From the human T2T-CHM13v2.0 reference genome, Homo sapiens, in assembly GCF_009914755.1 (NCBI RefSeq), contig NC_060927.1: a stretch of 64,000 bases of DNA. The stretch is one strand, 5' to 3'. The notes under the pieces are model-generated. The model saw only the letters and a program-made list of their open reading frames with translations. It had not been told where the DNA came from and did not search any database. Shown here one piece after another: positions 42,811 through 64,000 of the stretch (positions are counted from its first letter, which is position 1; the number at the start of each line of letters is the position of its first letter). The translations under genes were made by a program, and so were the position numbers.

Positions 42811-44387
42811 TTGAAATTCAGAACATAAACTATTGGTTTTATTATTCATATTTTCTTAATTCCAAAATTATTTTCTGAACTATAGTTTATTAGATAATTC
42901 TGATGTAACAATTTTCTAAGAGGAAATTTAATTTTTACTTTTTAATTAGGGCTCTTTGTTCTTCTTTTTGAGAAAGCCAGTGACAAATAATTTATACATT
43001 TAATTAGAAGAGACTGGGCTTGAATTTTTTAAAAGTACTAGAAATGCTAGCCATTATATATGTTATCTTTGAAATGTTTTAGACACTAATTACCTAAACA
43101 AGGAGCAAGTAAGTTAAATCTCTTGGATTTTAATAAGAGCTAAAATGTACAGTTATATTTTCTGGTTTTTTAAATTGTTACAGTCTAAATTTATCCTACA
43201 GTCTAAATTTCTAGTGAAGAAATGTATGTGCCATCAATATCAGGTTCTTTGTGGGTACTCACAATTCCCCTTGCCTTTCATGCAGTGAAGGTGGGCAACG
43301 TGTGTGGAACAGAAACGATGTTGTTTTCTTTCTTTTGAATCTCACTATGAATCTAATACTTCAAAGATTCCTAACTTTCTGAATGCCATTATTAGTTGGA
43401 TTCACAATGGCTTACCAGGTACAGAGTTGCCCAGTGTGTCTTGGAGTGAACTATTGAGAGTGGTATGAGGGAAGTGATTCTCAGCCAGCGCTGAGTGGGG
43501 TAGACCGCTGCCAAAGAGGTGATGGGGTAAGCAGCACACACAATGTAGCATTTTCACTGCAAACGGGAGGTTTGTGCTGGCTGTCCTCCTGTGGCAGGTC
43601 TGCTCGCAGGGGAGGCTCCAAAGTTTGGCTTTGCTGGGTTTGACATGTGAGAACTGATGAAATATCTGTATGTAGTATCTTTCAAGGATTTATATTGGTT
43701 GGATTTCTGTGTAAATTTTCATATCCCTTTGACTGCTTTACACCATACAAGCTTTGTATGCTTAACAAAATCTATAACTTTTCTGTCGCTTTCTCATTTA
43801 GTATCTGCCTTTCTGGCCTTTTACTTTTTATTATTGTTTTTAGTTTAATGAGATTATGGTTAGAGAGAAAGATGTATGCATGATTCCACTTCTTTGGAAT
43901 TTGTTGAGATTTTCCTTATGGCTCAGTACGTATATACTTGGGCGGGTGGTGAGTTCTGTCACTTTGGAGAGATGTTTTTTCTACACATTAGGTCAAGCTT
44001 GTTAATTTTCTAGGCAGATATAGATCTTCTAGGTCTATGCTGATTGTTTTTGTCTGTTTTATCAGATACTGAGATATGTGTTTAAATTGCCCTCTTAGGG
44101 TTGCAATTTTGTCATATTTTGCTTTCATGTATTTTGACTGCTAGTTATTAGATACATTAAAATTTTAGATTGCCTTTTCCCTTGGTTTATTATAATTTTC
44201 ATCATCATATTGTGACCTTAAAAATCTCCCATATTGCTTTTTGCCCAAAGCCTATTTTATCTGATAATAATATAGCTAACCACACTTCTTTGGATTAGGT
44301 ACATATGACGTGTATCTTTTTTCATTCTCTTTCAGTCTTTCTATAACTTTATGTTTTAGATGTCTTTTCATACTGTTTATTTTCTAA

Positions 44388-44690
<303 letters not shown>

Positions 44691-45451
44691 CCTAATTCTG
44701 TTTTATAGTCATTTTCTCTTAACTATTCAGTCCATTTACATTTATTATGATTGTTGGCACAGTTTCATTTATAACTTTCATCATATTTTGTGCTATTTGT
44801 TCCATCTGTTTTGTATTTCTTCGTGTCTTTTTTGTTTCTTTTTTTCCTAATTCCTTTCATATTCATGGTTATTCTATTGCTCTTGAAATACATATTTTAT
44901 GTGAATACATTTGTGAATTGACAATACTTTATTAACAATGAAATATACGATTTCACTTTTTTTTACTACAGTTGTTGCTGCTAAGAAATTAGCTGTCAGA
45001 GCAACTGTGCTTCTTGAAGGCAATACTCTGTAAATCAAGTGAGGACCTGCTTATGCTTTTAGCTTCTTGTGGGATTTCCCTCCTGCAACCTGCACTCCCA
45101 GCTGCAAATACGTCCTCAATGCCCTCCTCAGATCAGTGGGGTAGCAGGGAGATGGGGGAAGTTATTGTTCACATCTTTTATACTTAGTTGTAGGCACTGG
45201 GGGCTCCTACCTTAAATTGGGTCTGGATAAGGGATTCTTCACTTGACTATTTTTATTTTTAAAAACCAACTGGACCTACACATAGCACCACACACCAAAG
45301 ATAATTACAAATAGATTAAAACTCTAAATGGGAAAAGAAAAAATAAGACTTTCAGAACAAAATGTAATAGACTCTCTTAGTGATGTTGGAGGAGAGAAGC
45401 ATTTCATAAGATACAAAAAGCACAAATCATAAAGGAATAGATAAACTGAGC

Positions 45452-46290
45452 TACACAGAGCATGGTGGCATGCATAACTACAATCCCAGCTACTTGGGAG
45501 GCTGAGACAGAAGGATTGCTTGAGCCCAGGAGTTCAAGACCAGCCTGGGCAACATAGCAAGATTGTATGTGTATACACACATACAGACACACACACACAG
45601 AGTCTTATATATACATATTATATATTATATATAAAGTGGCTACATTAAAATTAAGAACTCCTGCCTATCAATAGACACTGTAAAGAAAATGAATAAATGC
45701 ACATGCACATGAATACACACATACTCACACACACACATATTACAGCAAAGCAAACAGGACAAAATGTTTACTGTTTAATCTAGGTGATGGAAACAAAGGT
45801 GATTATTACAGCTTTCTTTTCTTTTCTAATCTTTGAAACATTTTATAATAATAGGTTGTAGAGGATTCAGAGTTCCTACGAAGCAATAGGAAAAAAACAA
45901 GTTTAAGACTTCACAAGCACTTTTCAAAACAGGAAGCCCAAAACACGAGGTAAATAGAAAAAGATGGTCATCCTCATTAGTAATCAGAGAAATACATGTT
46001 AAAACTACTATAAGAAACCATGGCTGGGTGCAGTGGCTGGCGCCTGTAATCCCAACTCTGGGAGGCCGAGGGAGGTGGATTCCTAGAGCCTATGAGTTCA
46101 AGACTAGCCTGGGCGACATGGTGAAACTCTGTCTCTACAAATACAAAAATTAGCCAGGCATAGTAGTATGCATGTGTAGTCCCAGCTACTTGGGAGGCTG
46201 AGGCAGGAGGATCACTTGATCCCAGAGGCGGAGGTTGCAGGGAGCCAGGATGACAGAGTGAAATCCTCTCTCAAAAAATAAAAAATAAAC
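45452..46290 (+). mobile_element. FLAM (45452-45562) and AluJ (46022-46290) within L1ME remnants
   Basis: Recognisable Alu motifs. Confidence 0.75.
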
Positions 46291-46553
46291 CACTTTAATG
46301 CCCACCAGATTGACAAAAATTTTAAGTTTGCCTATGTCAAATGTTTGCGAAGATATGGGTTAATAAGTACTTCCATACCCTGCTGGTGGGAGTATAAATT
46401 GATACACACACATGCGCACACACAGAGCCCAGAAATAAGTAGACCAACAGAACCAAATAGAGCCCAAAAAGAGACATGTCAACTGATGTGACAGAGGTGA
46501 CACTGCAGAGCAGGGGAGAGAAGACACACTTTCACTCAGTGATGTGGGGAAAC

Positions 46554-46578
46554 TGTGTGTGTGTGTGTGTGTGTGTGT
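46554..46578. repeat. (TG)n microsatellite
   Basis: About 12 TG units. Confidence 0.9.
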
Positions 46579-46766
46579 ACTCACGCATGTGCAATGAGGC
46601 ATATTTCAACAACACCCTACACAGTGGTCCAAATGAACTATAGTTTACACAATCAGCATGTAAACTAATCTAGCTTTAAAAGCAAAAGAATTAAGTCTCA
46701 AAAGAATGTGGCGCCATTCCATTTACATAGAGTTCAGCATTAAGAACTGATCAATTCACTGTTTAG

Positions 46767-47753
46767 CTAAATAATATTTCATGGTATATATATGCCACAT
46801 TTTCTGTATTCATTCATCCACTGATGGACACCTAGGTTGATTCCATATCTTAGCTAAGAGATTAACAACCGGAATATGTGGACAAAGAAAATGTAGTACA
46901 TATACATCATAAAAGAACTATGCAGCCATAAAAAATTATAAAATCATGTTCTTTGCAACAACATGGATGCAGCTGGAAGCCATTATCCTAAACAAATTAA
47001 AGCAGGTACAGAAAACCAAATACCATGTGTTCTCACTTATAAGTGAGAACTAACATTGGGTACACATGGACAGAAAGAAGGAAACAACAGACACTGGAGA
47101 CTTCTAGAGGGGAGAAGGTGGACAGGGAATAAGGGCTGAAAAACTACCTACTGGATACTATGCTCACTACCTGGGTGACAGGATCAGTCATAACCCCAAA
47201 CCACAGCATATACCCATGTAACAAACCTGCACATGTACCCCCTAAATCTAAAATAAAAGTTGAAATTTTAAGAAATAACCAGAATATATAAGGACTTCAA
47301 CTCAAGAGCAAAAAAACCAAATAACCCAATTTGAAAATGGACAAAAGATCTGAATAGACATTTCTCAAAAGAAGACATAAAAATTGCTAGCAGGTACATG
47401 ACCAAAGACCCAACAACACTAATCATCAGGGAAATGCAAATCAAAACCGCAATAAGATACCATCTCACCCCAATTAAAATGGCGATTATCAAAAAGACAA
47501 CAGATGATGGCAAGGATGTGAAGAAAGGACAACTCTTCCATACCGTTGGTGGGAATGTAAATTAGTAAAGCCATTATAGAAAACAGTAAGGAGTTTCCTC
47601 AAAAAAAAAAAAAAAAAACTAACTAAAAATAGAGCTACCATATGATCCAGCAGTCCCACTGCTGGGTATATATGCTAAAGAAAGAAAACCAGTATATCAA
47701 AGAGACAACTGCACTCCTGTATTCCCATCTTTATCACAGCACTATTCACAATA
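46767..47753. mobile_element. Old L1MA/PB-type element with 5' inversion, interrupted by an L1PA15/16 3' end (46878-47270)
   Basis: The minus piece 46767-46856 continues where the plus piece ends (47753). The nested insert is flanked by aacc(g/a)gaatat. Confidence 0.65.
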
Positions 47754-48909
47754 ATGACTTTTACACTGTCAACAGGATCCCTAAAAGCCTTCTCTCTCCC
47801 TTGAGTTCCTATATTTTGTTCTTTTGCATTTATGTGTTTGACACATTCCACTTTATATTTTTATTTTCACTCCCACAATAGGTGAGGTCTGTGTGTGAAT
47901 AGGAATTTTTTCATCTGTGTGCCTCTAAGTGCACCTAGCTTGAAGCTCTGAATGTTAAACCCAAACACGTCTTTTGATGATAGCTGAGAATGACTTAATT
48001 CTCATATTATTGACAAAGTACAATTGATAATATACATCATATCCCATAATGACAAATGACTAGGTATTCAAACCTACAGGCTGGGAAGAGTTCAAACTTT
48101 TCTTCTGGATCACAGGGGAAAACCTCAGGGAGTTTTTCTACACTTGGAACATGATTCTGTTACCATATAAAGTAGGAAGCAATGAACTCAAAAGAAAGAT
48201 GTTTATCCTGATATATCTTTCTCATTCCTGAAGGAATGTTTTCACCCTATGGCTTTGCCTTGGGTGAAACAATGTCAAATGATTTAACGCAAATGGAAAA
48301 TGCCAACCTTTTAGGTTGGTTTCTAAATCCTTTACATAGTTACACGTGGGAGCTACATATAGATGAGCTGGTTGGTTGGCCAGCTGGCTGGCTTTCAGCC
48401 ATTAACAATTGCTTAAGAAATGATGTGAATAAACTGAAAAATCACATCACGTAATAAATACTACTTAATATTAAAAGCAATGGATACTAGAAGCTTCCCT
48501 GTCTCTAAACCTCAAAATGGCAATCTGACAAGATAATCATGGGTTGTCTCAGGCTCACAGAAAATTCGCTGCATACACCTTGCTTACTAAACTAGTGTAT
48601 CAATAATTTTAAAGGGGGAGTGCGGAGGGTAATTAAGAATATGCTATTGAATGTTAGTTACATTGTTTATATAAGCTATCATTCCTTTAAAAAGCAAGAC
48701 ATTTAAACAAGTGAATGAGAAAGCTAGATCATTTTTACACTTGCTCCACTGTAGGTCACTTGCTCATGGTAGGTTGTCGGGATTATTTAAATTCAGGAGC
48801 AATACTTGGTTGACAAGCTCCTGCACTGCTGCAGGCTACAATCCTCATACAGTGCCTGAAGGGTTATTACAATTGCCAGCATCTACAGAGGACAACAAAG
48901 GAGCCTTAC

Positions 48910-48993
48910 CCCTTCCCGAAGGCACCTCATTAGCACTGTGTATGCAGCCAAGGGAACAGCCCAGCACTCTCTAGGGTTCTTTTTTTTTTCTTC
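48910..48993 (-). CDS. ULK4: ULK4 internal coding exon (probably exon 19; EEKKKNPRECWAVPLAAYTVLMRCLREG, 84 nt, phase 0-0)
   Basis: Acceptor ...cacttcattttag at 48994-5 and donor GTAAG at 48905-9 on the minus strand. The translation matches recalled ULK4 and joins the next exon in frame (...LREG|EERV...). Confidence 0.95.
48980..48989 (-). repeat. Coding A10 mononucleotide tract in the ULK4 exon
   Basis: T10 on the plus strand inside GAA GAA AAA AAA AAG. Confidence 0.95.
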
Positions 48994-49706
48994 CTAAAAT
49001 GAAGTGGGAAAAAAAAAGGCAGTGAAGCTAACAGCACGAAAGATATTAACCCATTCAAGCAAATGGCACAGCTCCAAGTATACAAACTATCTAAAACTTA
49101 ATAGTCTATTTAAAGTATTACTTACTATCTGATGATAACGACTAGATCAAGGATCTTTTACTGCATTGTACATACAAGATATTTATTCTATTTCTCATTG
49201 CATTATATATGATGTGGGTAAGATCCCCTCATTAGAAGGTAGATTTAAAATATTGAGAAATGACAATATGATCCAATATGATCTGACAGATAAATCAATC
49301 TAATGATAATTGTAGATGATAATACAGATACAACTATCTGAAAAGTATTACATTATCTGGAATGATTTGAAAGCATAGAAAACACAAGTTTGAGTAATAT
49401 CTCAGGATAATTCACAAGCACAAGTAAAAGGTATTATGTTACCTAGTAAGACAAGGAACTAAATAAAATGAGCAAATAAGCGGGTACACTGATTTTAATG
49501 ACATGAGCAATAATTCTCTCCCAGAAGATTAACCAAATTAGTGTAATAACCACAAGCACACTCCTGCAACCTATCAAATACAATCAGAAAATAAATCAGG
49601 TACCACACAGAAAGATGAAAAAAACTAATTTTTTAAAGCAGAAAAAATTAGGTTCTACTTACGGAACATACTCAAGATTGTCCAAATGACAGAATTAGTA
49701 CATTAT

Positions 49707-50287
49707 TAATTTACTTCAGCTACTATGAAAAATAGTTTGGAGATATCTCAAAGAACTAAAAACAGAACTACCATTTGAACCAGCAATCCCATTACTGGTT
49801 ATATACCCAAAGGAAAATACATCATTCTACCAAAAACACACACACACTCATATATTCATCGTAGCACTATTCACAAGAGCAAAAACATGGAATCAACTTA
49901 GGTGCCCATCAACAGTGAAGTGGATAAAGAAAATGTAGTATATATCCACCACGAAATACTACTGCAGCAACACGGATGCAGCTGGAGGCCATTATCCTAA
50001 GCAAATTGAAGCAAGAACAGAAAATCAAATACCACGTGTTCTCACTTGTGAGAACTAAACATGAATACACACAGACAGAAGATAGGAACAAAAGACACTA
50101 GAGACTACAACAAGTGGGGAGGGTGGGACAGGAGTAAGGGCTGAAAAACTGCATATTGACTACTATGTTCACTACCTGGGAGGTAGGATCAGTTGTACCC
50201 CAAACCGCAGCATCATCCAATCTATTCATGTAACAAACCTACACATGTACACCCTGAATCTAAAATAAAGTTGAAATTTTAAAAAAA
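49707..50287 (+). mobile_element. L1PA15/16 3' end
   Basis: Typical 3' end (...aatctaaaataaagttgaaattt). TSD agaattagtacatta at 49691 and 50288. Confidence 0.75.
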
Positions 50288-50499
50288 GAATTAGTACATT
50301 ACTAATCCAAAAGTATTTTACACCCATGAGAAGAATCATGACCCATTAAAACCATTCCCTTACTTGATTATAGAATTCCACATATGGTTATACCCTGGAC
50401 ATTATGATCAGGAGCTGCTCCAACTCAAAAATCACTAATTCACACTAAATTTAACTTGCAAACACAACTTTCTTTCCTTCCCTTATTCTTCCCTTATTT

Positions 50500-51740
50500 A
50501 AAATGCCCACCACAACCCTTAACATCAGTGGACTCTGTGCCCTCTCCCTTGGCCCTTCTTTCCCTCAACAGATCACCTACTTCACTCCCAGCCACTTAGA
50601 ATCCCGTACCCATCATTTAATCACTCCTGCCCAAAACCTAAACTATCAGTCTCTTTAGTTGTCCCTTTACTCTTGTTTGGGAAACCTCAACCTCTGAGAA
50701 AGCCAGCTGCTTGTTTTCTCTAAGTCTGCTCTCAGACAACTGGGCCCTTAGAGAAGGTGGCACCAGAGAGCACAGAGTCCATTACTTACTTGGGATCAGC
50801 ATCCTCAGGGGACCTTCAACATCCATCTCCAGACCTACTATTTCTCTTATCACCACCCTCCCTGAAAAGGCTATTTTAAAGCTATGACGCTCCCACCACT
50901 TCACCTACTCTCCTCCTTCACAGATAAAGAGAATGGAAGTTCTGAGAAAGGAAAGACAAACTTTCCTCCACATAAAGCCATCTGCTACTTCTGCCCAATG
51001 GTTATAACAGGACAGGTTCCTCCATTCCTGTCCCTCCACTTGGGCTCAGGATCCCATCCCCATCCTCCCTTCTTCAGGGTCATTAGCTAATGGACTATCC
51101 CTTATTGCTCCTAAATTTTCAACATCTTATCCCCTCTGGGTCTTTCCTGTTTCCACCTGAATAGGGTCACGGTATCTCATTTTGAAAACAAGACCCTCCT
51201 CATCCCTTGGCCCCTTTTCACAACTATCCTCACTTTACACTGACTTTCTCAGTTTCCTCACCTTCCACTAACTCCTCGCCCACTCCAATATGACGACTTC
51301 TATCTCCCTCATAACAGGAAAAATAAATAAATATATAAAAAGCTCTTGCTGAGTTACCAGTGACTTTCATGTCATTAAATCCAACAGATCCCTCTTAGTC
51401 CTTTAAATTGGGCCTTAAACTACATTCAGCCCTACTGACTTTCCCTTTCCTGAAATACCCACTTCTCTCTCCTAATTTTGCTCCTGCGTTGCTTACTCTC
51501 ATCCAGGCTCTCAGAATCCTGTTTTCAGTCTCCACTCTACTCTCCACATTTAAACCAGAATTATCTTTTTGGCATGCAAATCAGCTGACATAATTACCCT
51601 CTTAAAACTCTTTAATGAGTTCCCCTTGCTCTTCGGATCAAGACCAAGACATCGGACTGGTGAGGAGCCCTTCATGATCATGTCCCTGCCAGTCTCTCCA
51701 ACCCTGCCTCCTTCCTCACTTCTCTCCTGTCCCACTGGCC
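50500..51740 (+). mobile_element. L2 fragment
   Basis: C/T-rich L2 ORF2 remnant. Confidence 0.5.
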
Positions 51741-51864
51741 TTGGTGCAGTTCATGCATGAAAAAAGCACCTACGGTGCACCAGAAACTCTTCTTAATAAC
51801 GGCCGTAATCCATAATGAGGCAAATACATTTTCTTCCTTAATAGTGCTTAGTGGAAGACTGAGA

Positions 51865-52508
<644 letters not shown>

Positions 52509-53367
52509 GAGATTTTTTTTTTAAAGAAGTAAACAAAGTAAGTCAGTCAAGATAATGATGAGTGCTATAAAGAAAAACAGCAGAGTAAGAGGTTGCAGAA
52601 AGACTGTAGACAGGCTGGCTCCATCTCAGATCACTCAGAGACAGGGAAAGGCTTTCTGAAGGGATTTTTGAGCACACAGAAAATACAAACAACTCAGAAG
52701 AAAATATTAGAAGCAGGAGAAACAGCAAATGTCAATATAGTGAGGCAGAAGCATGGCATAGTGGGTTTAAGGAACTGTGGGGAGGTCAGTATAGCTGGAA
52801 GGAGTGAGTAGGAAGATAGTGAGGAATTAGGTCAGACAGGTTCTGAAGAGCCAGCCCAAAAGGGCCCAGAAGGTAATTACAGAGACTTTGGCTGTGACAA
52901 TGAAGAAAGAAATTATGGGATAAAACAAAAAAGACAAAATAAGAATACCTGAACTCAGGGTGATAGGTATCCTTGACAAAATCAAGAAAAACACAAAAAC
53001 TGAAAATGTGTTGCCTTATAATACCCTCTGCAGAATCACACTCTGGTCTTCTGTCTGTAAGCCTGAAACCTTAGGGTGTTACTAGAGAGCCAACAAGACT
53101 CAGGTTGTTGTATTATGTATACTATATATAATCACTTCAGCTCAGTACCAACAGGTTAGCACTGACCTGAGATTTTAATGTTTATTGTACTCAAACTGAC
53201 AATTCCACAAAGCCCTCATGTCCTGAAAAGTTATTTATTTTTGTAGACTCAGGGACTTAACTTCCTTTTCCAGTTTGCTATCACGAGATGTAGTTAAATG
53301 TCATGGCCACATTATCATCCCTTTATTCAAATAGCCTAGCTTGTATTCAGTTAAAGTATATACCAAG

Positions 53368-53669
53368 GGCTGGGCATGGTGGCTCACGCCTATAATCTCA
53401 ATACTTTGGAAGACTGAGGCAGGCAGATCACTTGAGGTCAGGAGTTCAAGACCAGTCTGGCCAATGTGGCGAAACACCATTTCTACTAAAAATACAAAAA
53501 TTAGCCAGGTGTGGTGGTGTACACTTGAAGTCCAAGCTACTCAGGAGGCTGAAACAGGAGAATTGCTTGAATCCAGGAGGTGGGGGTTGCAGTGAGCCAA
53601 GATTATGTCACTGCATTCCAGCCTGGGTGAGAGAATGAGACTCTATCTTTAAAAAAAAAAAAAAAAAAA
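53368..53669 (+). mobile_element. AluSx whose A-tail hosts L1 D
   Basis: TSD aaagtatataccaag at 53353-53367 reappears only at 59790-59804. Confidence 0.88.
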
Positions 53670-59790
<6,121 letters not shown>

Positions 59791-60401
59791 AAGTATATAC
59801 CAAGGAAAATTACTCTCTATATCTACTTTTAGATCTAGTAGGAACATGATTCTGTATGATTCTATCTGCATAAGATTCTAGAAAACGAAAACAAGTCTAT
59901 ATAAAGAAAGCAAATCAGTGGTAGTATGGAGACAGTAGGGGATTAAAAAGGGTGCTAAGGAAACTTTTGGAGGTGATAGGTTCATTTTCTGTATGTAGTG
60001 ATGGTTTCATAGGTGTATACATAAATGAACATTTATCAAATTGTGATGTTTAAATATGTGTTTATTGTCTACCAATTATATCTCAAGCAGGGGGCAGGGA
60101 TGAAAAACTATAGGACCAAAAAAAGAAGAATTAGACTAGACTGTCATTATTGGTAAGACAGTAGACCAGGTACCTGACTACTCTTCTAATGAAAGCAACT
60201 GGTTTTATTTTGACACCCTTAAAATGCATCAAAGATCTGACAAAATAATAAAGAATAATTAAGCCAAAAATCAGACAATTGAAAGCATGGGATAAACTGA
60301 GCACTGAGGTTTTATTTTCTCGGGGGGTATACAAAACTTGTTAAGTTTGAGCCTTGATGTCAAGGCCTTGAGGGTCCAAAATAGTGGTAAAGTAGAAATA
60401 A

Positions 60402-60802
<401 letters not shown>

Positions 60803-61019
60803 TAAAAAGAAGAGGGAGCAGGGAGCTACAAGTACTGACTGAGAAATATATCTATGTTAATTATTAAGAAACAGCTCCAGTGTACATATCTCCATATACT
60901 AGTCGTTTTTTTTTTTTTTAATGGTGGTATCATCACTTACCAAAGTATCTTGACCTTGATGGAGCTTACATTGAAAAATAAAGTTTACATTTTTATTGTT
61001 ATTTTATATATATATATAT

Positions 61020-63385
<2,366 letters not shown>

Positions 63386-64000
63386 CTCCCTGTACTATTC
63401 CTAACAGTGTATAACTATTGAGTGAAAAAAGTGAGTTTCTACCTGTTGCCTAAAATGATACAAAATCTACATTTGTATTTGCTCATATATACAAAATTAA
63501 CTCTGTAAATATAAGAAATTATATTTGTATTTTATAATATTTATATTAAATTACACATAATTATAATATTTATTGGGGAGCTGGACAGATGGGGTACAAA
63601 ACTAGGAAAAAGACTTCTCCCCATATACCTTTCTTCACTTTCCAGTGTTCTAGGTTTGTGAATATGTTGTCCCTTTGAAATACAAAATTACCTGAGAATA
63701 AATTCAACCAAAGAAAGATGTACAAAGGCATTCTGTATAGAATAAAAGAATTGCAACAAAATTTTTTTATATATTAATATATGTAAATACTACTTTTGTG
63801 CATTGGAGGACTATATAAATATCATAAAGATATCAATACTTTCCCAATCAATACACAGATTCAGTACAATTCCAAATGTGATTTGGAAGACTCAAAATCG
63901 TAACGATATTAGTTATCAAATTTATCTACATAATCAGTGTAGTTTTTAAAAACAGATGATTTGCAGAATTGGACAAGCTGATTCTAAAATTTATTCTGAT

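Noticed and set aside
43179-43211. 14-bp direct repeat tacagtctaaattt
   Set aside because: Trivial local slippage duplication.

Overview
Human genomic DNA; an L1HS-Ta insertion marks it as human. It is about 64 kb from inside the ULK4 gene (minus strand, 3p22.1). Three coding exons of the C-terminal HEAT/ARM region are present: 48910-48993, 29631-29792 and 19168-19350. All are phase 0 with canonical AG/GT ends; from recall they are exons 19-21, residues ~589-731. The rest is intron packed with five young L1s, ~35 Alus and old L1M, L2, MIR and MER remnants. The L1s are A 1548-4750 (+), B 6092-9513 (twin-primed L1HS-Ta), C 32981-36220 (-), D 53670-59790 (+, full-length L1PA4-like) and E 61020-63385 (-). 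The most striking unexplained signal is that A, B, C and D share many non-consensus mutations in a patchwork, including an identical nonsense codon in C and D. This points to a local, recent inter-L1 gene-conversion network with the inverted copy C as a likely hub. The same inverted L1 pairs bracket the in-frame exons, so they are candidate substrates for skipping, circRNA and NAHR. L1 D aims its antisense promoter and ORF0 at exon 19. A 125-bp inverted templated copy and an RFX X-box candidate enhancer were also found. There are no prokaryotic-type systems, and most short ORFs are repeat-derived noise. Consensus comparisons and subfamily calls are from memory and were not computed.
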